Source of the DNA: an uncultured bacterium
GTDB lineage: Bacteria; Planctomycetota; Phycisphaerae; SM23-33; FEN-1343
Assembly (NCBI GenBank): GCA_965372365.1
Contig: CBDVCA010000093.1
Coordinates: 1 to 12,601 of the forward strand
Length of the DNA: 12,601 nucleotides
Reading direction: 5' to 3'
The position numbers and the translations under genes were made by a program. Below the pieces are notes generated by a model. The model had not been told where the DNA came from and did not search any database. It saw only the letters and a list, made by a program, of their open reading frames with translations. This document shows, piece by piece, positions 1 through 7,281 of this stretch. Position 1 is the stretch's first letter, and each line of letters opens with the position of its first letter.

Positions 1-16
1 CTGGGACAGGGTACTA

Positions 17-57
17 GCCCCCTGCAGTGCAGGGGGTCGCTGTGTGCGACTTTTTAT
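17..57 (+). terminator. Probable intrinsic terminator of an upstream, off-window + strand gene
   Basis: The 9-bp arms ccccctgca (18-26) and tgcaggggg (28-36) are separated by a 1-nt loop, so the effective stem is shorter. A second stem-loop, gtcgc-tgtgt-gcgac (36-50), follows and runs straight into TTTTT (51-55). Read directly from the sequence. Confidence 0.45.
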
Positions 58-230
58 TATGGCGGTCCATAATCGGTGCTAACACAAACGGATAAAGACA
101 GTTTTGTCGTCTGTTTTGTTCGTTCCTGTTGGCTGTGAGTTCGCCGTTGCTTTGCGTGCTTCTTGCAATTGGGGTTCTCATCCCATTGTCGTGGTCTGCT
201 CGGTGGTGTGTTTGATGCCCGGACGGGCCA

Positions 231-422
231 GCCCCGTTAGGGGCGAAAGAGTTGTAGCTCGCCGCGGCGAAAACCGTAATGTCCCCCCCCCCCCGATGCA
301 AGCCCCGATAGGGGCGACACACAGACCGTAGGGCCACGGGGTGTCGCCCCTATCGGGGCTTGGGGCGCTAGGGGGCGGACCCTACCTCGCCGCGGCGGGC
401 TACAAATCTGTCGGCCCTACGG
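231..422. repeat. Cluster of interleaved direct and inverted repeats forming alternative hairpins. Candidate REP-like or structured non-coding element
   Basis: The motif gccccgNtaggggcga is present at 231-246 and 302-317 as direct copies. An exact inverted copy, tcgcccctatcggggc, sits at 346-361. Copies 2 and 3 can pair as a ~21-bp stem (301-321 with 343-363), or each copy can fold on its own as gcccc-NNNN-ggggc. The 12-bp palindrome tcgccgcggcga (259-270) has a near-copy tcgccgcggcgg at 387-398. The motif ccgtagggcc (327-336) has an inverted partner ggccctacgg (413-422). Confidence 0.5.
283..294. repeat. C12 homopolymeric tract (G12 on the opposite strand)
   Basis: I counted twelve consecutive C directly in the sequence (283-294), embedded in the repeat cluster. 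Tracts of this length are prone to slipped-strand length variation. Confidence 0.9.
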
Positions 423-656
423 GCCTTGCCGGAAGATTCACTTGAACGACCGAACCCCGTTCCGAGCAAACGATTCCATCATGGATGAACGAGTATCCAC
501 CACCTTTTCGGGATGAGAACCGTAGTTCGCTTTGATTCGTGCTATTCGTGGAAAGCCGTTGCCGTAGTTCGCGGCTGATGCCGTTGTTCGCGCCGCCCCC
601 AATTGATGTCGCACACATGAGCCGTTCTTTTTTCTCATTCAGTGAAGTTTTGCCAC

Positions 657-685
657 TTGACACGCCGAGAAGGTGTGAATAGATA
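657..685 (+). promoter_or_regulatory. Sigma70-like promoter candidate (TTGACA-N17-TAGATA) for the ABC-operon leader transcript
   Basis: TTGACA sits at 657-662, followed by an exact 17-nt spacer (663-679) and TAGATA at 680-685. The element lies in a lower-GC stretch about 60 nt upstream of the small leader ORF. The promoter consensus for this taxon is unknown, so this is a motif match only. Confidence 0.35.
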
Positions 686-747
686 CAATGCATCGGACCC
701 GTCACGGTTCGGCGTACTGTCAGATGAGAGCTACTAAGGAATACGCT

Positions 748-816
748 ATGCGAATCCGAAACCTTGGACATTTTGACCTGCGGCCTATCGCGCCGCGGAC
801 GGGTGTACCTTGGTGA
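748..816 (+). CDS. Candidate leader peptide of 22 aa (MRIRNLGHFDLRPIAPRTGVPW). An in-frame ATG at 724 would give a 30-aa alternative
   Basis: ATG at 748 is preceded by AAGGA (736-740) with a 7-nt spacer, and the ORF ends at TGA 814-816. It lies between the promoter candidate and the tandem hairpins, upstream of the ABC exporter genes. Too short to support by composition; the call rests on its position and RBS. Confidence 0.3.
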   Translation: MRIRNLGHFDLRPIAPRTGVPW

Positions 817-847
817 ACGGGCTCGCGTAGCAATCGATAGCTGCTTG

Positions 848-882
848 AAGGCCCGCCACTTGGTTGCGGGCCTTCTTCTTTC
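848..882 (+). promoter_or_regulatory. Hairpin A of a putative attenuator (anti-antiterminator/pause hairpin)
   Basis: Left arm aaggcccgc (848-856), 9-nt loop, right arm gcgggcctt (866-874), which is a perfect 9-bp stem. It is followed by the pyrimidine-rich run cttcttctttc, which is not a clean U-tract. The right arm is the exact reverse complement of the left arm of hairpin B (901-909). Confidence 0.45.
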
Positions 883-902
883 GGACACGTATGGATCCCG
901 AA

Positions 903-930
903 GGCCCGCATGAATAAGGCGGGCTTTTTC
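903..930 (+). terminator. Intrinsic terminator, hairpin B, 29 nt upstream of the ABC exporter start
   Basis: Stem gcccgc (904-909) pairs with gcgggc (919-924) across the loop atgaataag, and the stem is followed immediately by TTTTT (925-929). The left-arm context aaggcccgc (901-909) is identical to the left arm of hairpin A. Confidence 0.6.
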
Positions 931-958
931 TGTTGAGTGGGTTACCTGCAAGGATGGG

Positions 959-2809
959 ATGGACATGTCTGGAAGAGCAAAGACGCTTTGGACCATCATG
1001 GAAGGCCAGCGGCTCCGGTACGCCGCGGCGATCGGCGCGATTCTCGTCGCGGCGCTGTTCATGTTCTGCCGACCGCTGATCGGCCGGGTGGCGATTGATT
1101 ACGTTATCAGCGGCAAGGATTTACACGCACCACAACCGGTCCGCGACTTCGCCGAATCCATCGGCGGCCGCCCGACCCTCGCCCGAAATCTCTGGATCGC
1201 CGCGGTCGCCATCGTCGGCGTCACCGCCATCAGCGGGGTCTTCAGCTACCTGAAGGGCAGATGGGCCGCCCAAGCCTCCGAGTCGATCGCGCGGAATCTG
1301 CGAGACAAGCTGTACGACCATCTGCAGCATTTGCCGTGCAGTTATCACGACAAGGCCGAGACCGGCGATCTGATCCAGCGGTGCACCTCGGACATCGAGA
1401 CGATTCGCATGTTCCTGGCCGCCCAAGTGGTCGAAATCGGCCGGGCGATCATTCTAATGGCCGTCGCGCTGCCGCTGATGCTGTCGATCGACGTGCAGAT
1501 GACGTTGGTGTCGATGGCGGTGATCCCGGTTGTGATCGTCTTTGGGGTGGTCTTCTTCACGAAGGTCGGCAAGACATTCAAAGCCTCCGCCGAAGCCGAA
1601 GGCAAGATGACCACGCGTCTACAGGAGAACCTCACCGGCATTCGCGTGGTCCGCGCGTTCGCCCGGCAGGACTACGAGTGCAAACGGTTCGCCGAAGATA
1701 ACGCCGAGTACCGCAAACGCTGGTTCCGCCTCATGCGGCTGTTCAGCGTCTACTGGCCGATCTCCAACCTTCTATGCGCCGGCCAGATCGGCGCCGTCAT
1801 GCTGACCGGGGCCTACTTCATCACCCTCGGCGACGCCAGAACGCCGGTGATGACCGTCGGCGGTCTGTACGCGTTCATCACCTTCGTCAACATGTTCCTC
1901 TGGCCGGTCAGGCAGATGGGACGCGTACTGGCCGACATGGGCAAGGCCATGGTGTCGCTGGGACGTATCGGTGAGATTCTCTCGGTCCAAGTGGAGGCCG
2001 ATTCGGACGCCCGCCGACCCGCCCCAACCGGGCGGCCGACCGCCGGCCGGATCGTCATCAAGAACCTCAGCTTCGCCCATGGCGACGAGCAGGAGGTGCT
2101 GCGGGACATTTCGGTCACCATCGAACCGGGCCGGACGTTGGCCATTCTGGGCCCGTCGGGTTCGGGAAAGAGTACGCTGATCAACCTGCTGCTGAGGCTG
2201 TACGATTATGAATCCGGGTCGATCCATCTCGACGGAATCGAGCTGCGCGATCTGCCGCGAAAGCAGGTCCGCGCAATGATCGGGTCGGTGCTGCAGGAGC
2301 CGTTCCTATACTCCAAGAGCCTCCGAGACAACATCGTCCTCGGTCGCGCCGGCGCCCAAGAGGCCGAAATGGTCGAAGCCACGTCCACCGCGGCGGTGCA
2401 TGAGTCGATCGTCGAATTCGACGACGGCTACGACACCCTCGTCGGCGAACGCGGCGTGACGCTCTCCGGCGGCCAGCGCCAGCGCGTCGCCCTCGCCCGG
2501 GCGCTGCTGAAAGATCCGCCGATCCTGATCCTCGACGACGCCCTCAGCGCCGTCGACACCCGAACCGAATCGGCCATCCTCAAGGCCCTTCGGCGCCGGC
2601 ACGAGCATCGGACGACGATCGTGATCGCCCACCGGCTTACGACGCTGATGCGGGCCGATCGGATCATCGTGCTGGATGAGGGCAGAATTGTCCAGGAAGG
2701 CGCGCACGCCGAGTTGGCGGCCGCCGAGGGCATGTACAGGCGGCTCTGGCGCATCCAGAGTTCGCTGGAAGAAGACTTCGATCAGGACCTTCAGGCTTCA
2801 GCCACCTAG
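959..2809 (+). CDS. ABC transporter permease/ATP-binding protein (type I exporter half-transporter). The start could instead be ATG 965
   Basis: The 616-aa ORF has an N-terminal six-helix transmembrane region and a C-terminal NBD. Walker A is GPSGSGKST, the signature is LSGGQRQRVALARAL, Walker B is ILILDDALSAVD, and the H-loop is IAHRLTT. AGGA at 951-954 lies upstream of the start. GC3-rich codon usage. Confidence 0.95.
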   Translation: MDMSGRAKTLWTIMEGQRLRYAAAIGAILVAALFMFCRPLIGRVAIDYVISGKDLHAPQPVRDFAESIGGRPTLARNLWIAAVAIVGVTAISGVFSYLKGRWAAQASESIARNLRDKLYDHLQHLPCSYHDKAETGDLIQRCTSDIETIRMFLAAQVVEIGRAIILMAVALPLMLSIDVQMTLVSMAVIPVVIVFGVVFFTKVGKTFKASAEAEGKMTTRLQENLTGIRVVRAFARQDYECKRFAEDNAEYRKRWFRLMRLFSVYWPISNLLCAGQIGAVMLTGAYFITLGDARTPVMTVGGLYAFITFVNMFLWPVRQMGRVLADMGKAMVSLGRIGEILSVQVEADSDARRPAPTGRPTAGRIVIKNLSFAHGDEQEVLRDISVTIEPGRTLAILGPSGSGKSTLINLLLRLYDYESGSIHLDGIELRDLPRKQVRAMIGSVLQEPFLYSKSLRDNIVLGRAGAQEAEMVEATSTAAVHESIVEFDDGYDTLVGERGVTLSGGQRQRVALARALLKDPPILILDDALSAVDTRTESAILKALRRRHEHRTTIVIAHRLTTLMRADRIIVLDEGRIVQEGAHAELAAAEGMYRRLWRIQSSLEEDFDQDLQASAT

Positions 2810-2838
2810 ATGTCCCCGATCTCAATGGAAATAACACA

Positions 2839-4710
2839 ATGACAGCACGCACATTCATCGAAGAAGAAGACTACGACGGCCGGCTCAGCTTCGGCGTCTG
2901 GCGGCAACTGCTGGGCCACGTGCGCCCCTACCGCCCGCAGCTTATCGGATTGTGCCTCACGGCCCTGTTCCTGGCGATGGTCGAGGCGGCGTTATTGATG
3001 GTCCCGCGTTACCTGATCGACGAAGTGGTCGATCTCGGTTCCGGCGCCGAGTTCGGCAAATACATTGGGGTGTACGGGGCGCTGACGCTGATGCTCTGTG
3101 TCAGCATCTTCAGCTTCATTCGCTTCGCCGGTCGCATCTGCACGTCGGTCAGTCACGACATCCGCCAAGCGGGGTTCGAGCATCTCCAGGACCTGTCGTT
3201 CAGCTTCTACGATCGCCGCCCCGCCGGGTGGCTGGTCTCCAGGCTGACCAGCGATTGCGACCGGATGAGCCGGACGATCGCGTGGGGTACGCTGGATTTG
3301 GTCTGGGGCGTCTGCATGGTGATCGCCGTCACCGCCGTGATGATGTCCTGGAATTGGAAACTCGCACTGCTCGTCCTGGCCGTCCTGCCGGTGCTGCTGT
3401 GGGTGTCGCTGATCTTCCAAACGCGACTCCTTCGCGCTTCGCGGGCGATTCGCAAACAGAACTCCACCATCACCGCCGCCTACAGCGAGTGCATCGCCGG
3501 GGTGCGGACCACCAAGACGCTGGTTCGTGAGGGCGAGAACCTCGGCGAGTTCACCGGCCGAACCGAGACCATGTACGAAGAGTCGATGCGAAACGCCAAG
3601 CTCTCGGCGGCCTATTTTCCGATCATCCTGACGATCGGCTCCGTCGGCGTGGGCCTGGCCCTGTGGGCCGGGGGCGTCAAGGCGATGAAGGTTCCCGGGA
3701 CGACCGGGTATATGTCGATCGGCAAGCTGATCCAGTTCATGAACTGCGCGATGATGCTGATCTTCCCGATCTTCGAGATGGCCCGCGTCTTCGCCGAACT
3801 CCAGAGCACACAGGCCGCGGCCGAGAGGGTCTTCGGCCTGATCAACACCACGCCGGAGGTCGCCGATTCGCCCGAGGTGCTGGCGGCCATCGAACGCGCC
3901 GCCGGCGACGCCGACCCGGAGACCGCCGTCGACGGCATGGACCATCGGATCGGGCGGATCGAGTTTCGGGATGTGGACTTCGCCTACGTCGGCGACAAGC
4001 CCGTGCTGACCAAGTTCAACCTCACCGTGAAGGCCGGACAGACCATCGCCCTGGTCGGCCCCACCGGCGGCGGCAAGAGCACCATCGTCTCGCTGATGTG
4101 CCGATTTTACGAGCCGACCGGCGGAGAGATTCTTATCGACGGCGTCGAGTATCGCCAACGCAGCCTGCATTGGCTGCAGTCCAACCTCGGGATCGTACTG
4201 CAGCAGCCGCATTTGTTCAGCGGGACGGTGCGAGAGAACATCCGCTACGGGCGCCTCGACGCCACCGACGAGGAAGTCGCCGAAGCGGCCCGCCTGGTCT
4301 GCGCGCACGATTTCATCACCGACCTGGCCGACGGCTACGATACCGAGGTCGGCGAAGGCGGAGCGAAACTCTCGACCGGGCAGAAGCAGTTGGTTTCGTT
4401 CGCACGGGCGGTGCTGGCGGATCCGCAGATCTTCGTGATGGACGAGGCCACCTCGTCGGTCGACACCGAAACCGAGAAGGCCATCCAGGCGGGCTTGGGC
4501 GCCGTACTGGCCGGGCGGATCAGCTTCATCATCGCCCACCGGCTCTCGACCATCCGGGCCGCCGACCGGATCCTCGTCATCGACGGCGGCGTCGTCATCG
4601 AGCAGGGAACGCACCGCGAACTGATCAGCCGGCGCGGACGGTACTACGAACTCTACACCAACCAGTTCACCGATGAGCGAACCGAGCACCTGCTGGCCGG
4701 CGACGATTGA
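2839..4710 (+). CDS. ABC transporter permease/ATP-binding protein, the partner half-transporter of the preceding gene
   Basis: The 623-aa ORF starts 30 nt after the previous stop, which implies an operon. Walker A is GPTGGGKST, the signature is non-canonical LSTGQKQLVSFARAV, Walker B is canonical IFVMDEATSSVD, and the H-loop is IAHRLST. The TMD-NBD architecture is the same as gene 1. Confidence 0.95.
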   Translation: MTARTFIEEEDYDGRLSFGVWRQLLGHVRPYRPQLIGLCLTALFLAMVEAALLMVPRYLIDEVVDLGSGAEFGKYIGVYGALTLMLCVSIFSFIRFAGRICTSVSHDIRQAGFEHLQDLSFSFYDRRPAGWLVSRLTSDCDRMSRTIAWGTLDLVWGVCMVIAVTAVMMSWNWKLALLVLAVLPVLLWVSLIFQTRLLRASRAIRKQNSTITAAYSECIAGVRTTKTLVREGENLGEFTGRTETMYEESMRNAKLSAAYFPIILTIGSVGVGLALWAGGVKAMKVPGTTGYMSIGKLIQFMNCAMMLIFPIFEMARVFAELQSTQAAAERVFGLINTTPEVADSPEVLAAIERAAGDADPETAVDGMDHRIGRIEFRDVDFAYVGDKPVLTKFNLTVKAGQTIALVGPTGGGKSTIVSLMCRFYEPTGGEILIDGVEYRQRSLHWLQSNLGIVLQQPHLFSGTVRENIRYGRLDATDEEVAEAARLVCAHDFITDLADGYDTEVGEGGAKLSTGQKQLVSFARAVLADPQIFVMDEATSSVDTETEKAIQAGLGAVLAGRISFIIAHRLSTIRAADRILVIDGGVVIEQGTHRELISRRGRYYELYTNQFTDERTEHLLAGDD

Positions 4711-4742
4711 GACGGTGCGGACGTACTACGTATAGACGAGCA

Positions 4743-4780
4743 AACGCCGCCCATCGTCGGGCGGCGTTCGCTGTTTCATT
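4743..4780. terminator. Hairpin between the convergent gene ends (ABC stop 4710, flotillin stop 4803). Probable bidirectional terminator
   Basis: The arms aacgccgccc (4743-4752) and gggcggcgtt (4759-4768) are separated by a 6-nt loop, giving a 10-bp perfect stem. On the + strand it is followed by cgctgtttcatt, which is only moderately T-rich. Confidence 0.45.
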
Positions 4781-4802
4781 CCTACTTCTCGCGGCCAACC
4801 GC

Positions 4803-6323
4803 TCAGTCTTCCGACGGCTTCTGCGGTTTCCACGGCGGCAGTTCATCTTGCGGCTTCGCGCCGGCCTTGGGGGCGGCGGCTTGACCGGATACACGACCGA
4901 GGAAATCGGGCAAATCGATGCCGACCTGCTTGGCCAGATCCTGCATCGGCGGAAGCACGCCCATGATCCGGCCGCCGAGTCCGGCGAGGCCGTCGCCGGA
5001 GCCGCCGCCGTCCCAGACCATGATCTTCTCGATCGGCAGATCCTGGATCGCTTGGGCCTGAATGCCTGCGACCTCGGTAAGTTTCTCGATCAGCAGCAAC
5101 GTCGAGGCCTCCTGGGCCGTCGCGCAGGCATCAACTAGTTGACGGTACCCCTCGGCTTTGCCGTCCAGAATCGCCTGAACGCCCTTGCCCTCGGCGCTCA
5201 TCTTCGCCAGCGCCGCCTCGGCCTCGCCTTCGGCGATGCGAATCGCTTGGGCCTTCCTCGCCTCCGCCTCGATCAGAACCTTTTCGCGCTGCGCGTTGGC
5301 CGGCACAACCACTTCGGCGTTCAAACGGGCCTGCTCACGCTCGGCGCGGGCCTCTTCGGCCTTCTTCTCGGCCTGTTCCTGCGCCACGCGAATGGCGCCG
5401 TCGGCCTCGCGAGAGGCGGATTCGGAACGGTTTCTCGCCTGCTGCTCGGCCACCGACTGGTTCGCCCGGAAACTCGCCTTCTCCGAGTCGGCCTCGGTCT
5501 CGGAGCCCACGGCCTCGGCCTCCAGGCCCGCCACTTTCTGCCGCCGGTCGCGGTCGGCTTTCGCCTCGCCGATATCGGCTTCGGAGTTGGCGGCCGCCAC
5601 CGCCACACGCGTATCTCGCTGCCGGACGGCCACGCCGGTCTGACCGGCCTTCTCTTGCTCGGCAACGTCGACATTCGCCTGGTTGATCGCCTCGGCCGCG
5701 GCTTTGCGACCGAGGGCCTTGATGTAGCCGGACTCATCTTCGATATCGCGGATATTCACGTTGATCAGCGCCAGGCCGATCTTTTCCAACTCACCGGAGA
5801 CCGCGTCGTTCACCTTGCCCAGGAACGCCTGGCGGTCCTGGTTGATCTCCTCGATCTTCATCGTGGCGATCACGGCGCGCATCTGGCCGAGGATGATATC
5901 CTGGGCCTGGTCCTGGATCTGCACCCGATTGAGCCCCAGCAGCCGCACCGCAGCGTTCACCATGATACCCTCGTGGTTCGACACCGCCGCGGTCACCGTC
6001 GTCGGCACCGTCACGCGGATATTCTCCTGCGACAGGGCGTTGGTCAGGTCGATCGGCACCACGAACGGCTCGAGATCGAGGTAGTCATACGCCTGGAACA
6101 GCGGCCAGATGAACGCCGCCCCGCCGTGGACGCACTTGGCGGCTCCGCTGCCGGTTCTGCCGTAGATCACCAGCACCTTGTTGGAAGGACACCGCTTGTA
6201 GCGGCTGAAGAAAGCCATCAACAGAGCAACCACGATGCCAAACAGCATCAGCGTCAGGACCAAACCCACCATGCTTTCGCTGTCATTGGCGGCCAACATC
6301 GTCACACCTTGGAACGCATTCAT
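4803..6323 (-). CDS. Flotillin / SPFH (band 7) domain protein, YqiK-like
   Basis: The N-terminal transmembrane helix is followed by the SPFH region RYKRCPSNKVLVIYGRTGSG...AFIWPLFQAYDYLDLEPFVVPIDLTNALSQENIRVTVPTTVTAAV. A long Ala/Glu-rich coiled-coil follows (AEAEARKAQAIRIAEGEAEAALAK...), and then a Gly-rich C-terminal tail. I place the start at ATG 6323 (MNAFQG...). The track start at 6329 is TTG. The RBS gaaagggaagg lies 6 nt upstream of ATG 6323 and 19 nt after the upstream gene's TAA. Confidence 0.9.
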   Translation of the reverse strand: MNAFQGVTMLAANDSESMVGLVLTLMLFGIVVALLMAFFSRYKRCPSNKVLVIYGRTGSGAAKCVHGGAAFIWPLFQAYDYLDLEPFVVPIDLTNALSQENIRVTVPTTVTAAVSNHEGIMVNAAVRLLGLNRVQIQDQAQDIILGQMRAVIATMKIEEINQDRQAFLGKVNDAVSGELEKIGLALINVNIRDIEDESGYIKALGRKAAAEAINQANVDVAEQEKAGQTGVAVRQRDTRVAVAAANSEADIGEAKADRDRRQKVAGLEAEAVGSETEADSEKASFRANQSVAEQQARNRSESASREADGAIRVAQEQAEKKAEEARAEREQARLNAEVVVPANAQREKVLIEAEARKAQAIRIAEGEAEAALAKMSAEGKGVQAILDGKAEGYRQLVDACATAQEASTLLLIEKLTEVAGIQAQAIQDLPIEKIMVWDGGGSGDGLAGLGGRIMGVLPPMQDLAKQVGIDLPDFLGRVSGQAAAPKAGAKPQDELPPWKPQKPSED

Positions 6324-6342
6324 ATTCAACCTTCCCTTTCTG

Positions 6343-6978
6343 TTAGGCTCCGGCCGACCCTCGCGGCCTCACTTCCACCGTTGTCGCATCCAGCATTCTC
6401 AGTACACGGATCGGCGTACCGGAGCCAAGGGGCTCCCCGCCGACGGACCGGGCCTTGATCATCGAGACGGCCCCGCCGACGATGACGCGGACTTCCCCGG
6501 TCCCCGCCGACGGAATGTCCAGGTACACCGTACCGGCCGTATTCACGCAACTGCTCACCCGGGCGGTGCCGGTTTCGGCCAAGCCTCGGATCCAATTCAC
6601 CAGCACGCTGATGGCCAGCCATCCGACCAGGCCCCAGCCGCTGGCGTACAGCAGCGACCGGCTCATCGACTTGCCGATATTCAGGTACAATCCGCCCGCC
6701 CACGAGAACAGCGTGCAGAACGCCAGAATCGCTCGAATACTCAAGAACTTGAACGCCGCGATCGATTCGCCGGCCTCTTCGAGCGAATGCGCCTCGATGG
6801 CGTCAAAGTCCATCTCGGCGTCGACGTCAATATCGGCGTCGACCTCCACGTCCACGCCGTCTCCACTAAGTCCGAGCAGGACGGAGAGGAACTGCCACAC
6901 GAAGATCAGGCTGAAGAACGTCGCCGCAAAGAAGAACGCCTGATTGACGCCCGTTAATCCGCCCCACCATTCCATCAT
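6343..6978 (-). CDS. NfeD-like / YqiJ-like (DUF1449-type) inner-membrane protein, partner of flotillin
   Basis: It lies immediately upstream of the flotillin gene on the same strand, matching the yqiJK arrangement. The N-terminal region is multi-helix transmembrane and contains an acidic insert GDGVDVEVDADIDVDAEMDFDAIEAH. The C-terminal region resembles a soluble OB-fold (GTVYLDIPSAGTGEVRVIVGGAVSMIKARS...PIRVLRMLDATTVEVRP). I place the start at ATG 6978 (MMEWWGG...), which is preceded by gaagaaaggg plus a 6-nt spacer. The track start at 7017 is GTG and lacks an RBS. Confidence 0.75.
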   Translation of the reverse strand: MMEWWGGLTGVNQAFFFAATFFSLIFVWQFLSVLLGLSGDGVDVEVDADIDVDAEMDFDAIEAHSLEEAGESIAAFKFLSIRAILAFCTLFSWAGGLYLNIGKSMSRSLLYASGWGLVGWLAISVLVNWIRGLAETGTARVSSCVNTAGTVYLDIPSAGTGEVRVIVGGAVSMIKARSVGGEPLGSGTPIRVLRMLDATTVEVRPRGSAGA

Positions 6979-7033
6979 GGTTGGCCCTTTCTTCAAAGTG
7001 TCTGCGGGGCTCGCCACTGTGCCCGAACCCCGG

Positions 7034-7045
7034 CGATTGCAATCG
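7034..7045. promoter_or_regulatory. Perfect 12-bp palindrome cgattgcaatcg. Candidate operator upstream of the nfeD-flotillin operon
   Basis: The sequence is exactly self-complementary and sits 56-67 nt upstream of the proposed NfeD-like start on the - strand. Nothing else supports a regulatory role. Confidence 0.2.
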
Positions 7046-7281
7046 ACAGCGTGGAGGATAATCTGCCGCCTGACCGCTTACAAGTCGCAAACACCGTCAT
7101 TATCGACACGTAGCCGCCTGCGAGGGGGGCCGTCAGGGAATGGGGTTCAGGGGTGCGGCGGCCGGTGGTGTCGTTGGATGGAGTGCTCACGACGGCCGCA
7201 TCTATGCAACGACCCAAGGCGCCCGGTACAAATCGGACGCCTCGGGTCATCGCAATTGCAGCATTATGAACTGCAACAGGA

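Noticed and set aside
1-60. Possible tRNA 3' end or other RNA gene at the window start
   Set aside because: There is no T-arm (GTTCRANYC), no CCA and no cloverleaf remnant. The GC hairpins plus T5 are better explained as an intrinsic terminator.
104-331. 75-aa + strand ORF at the 5' end of the window
   Set aside because: Its codons are dominated by T-ending triplets, opposite to the genome-wide GC3 preference. It reads through the C12 tract as PPPP and through the repeat cluster. It is more likely non-coding.
231-363. Integron attC-like recombination site
   Set aside because: The inverted repeats lack the conserved RYYYAAC / GTTRRRY core pair. GTTAGGG fails the final Y position. No integrase gene is present in the window.
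400-1062. 220-aa ORF on the - strand covering the ABC leader region
   Set aside because: It is S/R-rich, low-complexity and has no recognisable domain. It runs antisense through the promoter, the leader ORF, both hairpins and the start of the ABC gene. Its composition does not match the GC3-rich bias of the real genes.
959-2809. Bacteriocin or RiPP export system (small upstream ORF plus ABC transporters)
   Set aside because: Neither ABC protein has an N-terminal C39 peptidase domain. No modification enzymes (lasso B/C, LanM, YcaO and so on) are present. The leader/terminator arrangement fits regulatory attenuation better than a precursor-peptide gene.
2992-4689. 565-aa ORF antisense to the second ABC gene. 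The 9555..11312, 5139..6458, 11084..12220 and 12202..12600 antisense ORFs are similar
   Set aside because: These are typical high-GC shadow ORFs. Their translations are G/R/D/P-rich with no motifs, whereas the opposite strand encodes proteins with unambiguous conserved motifs (Walker A/B, MCP core, SPFH, GDE).
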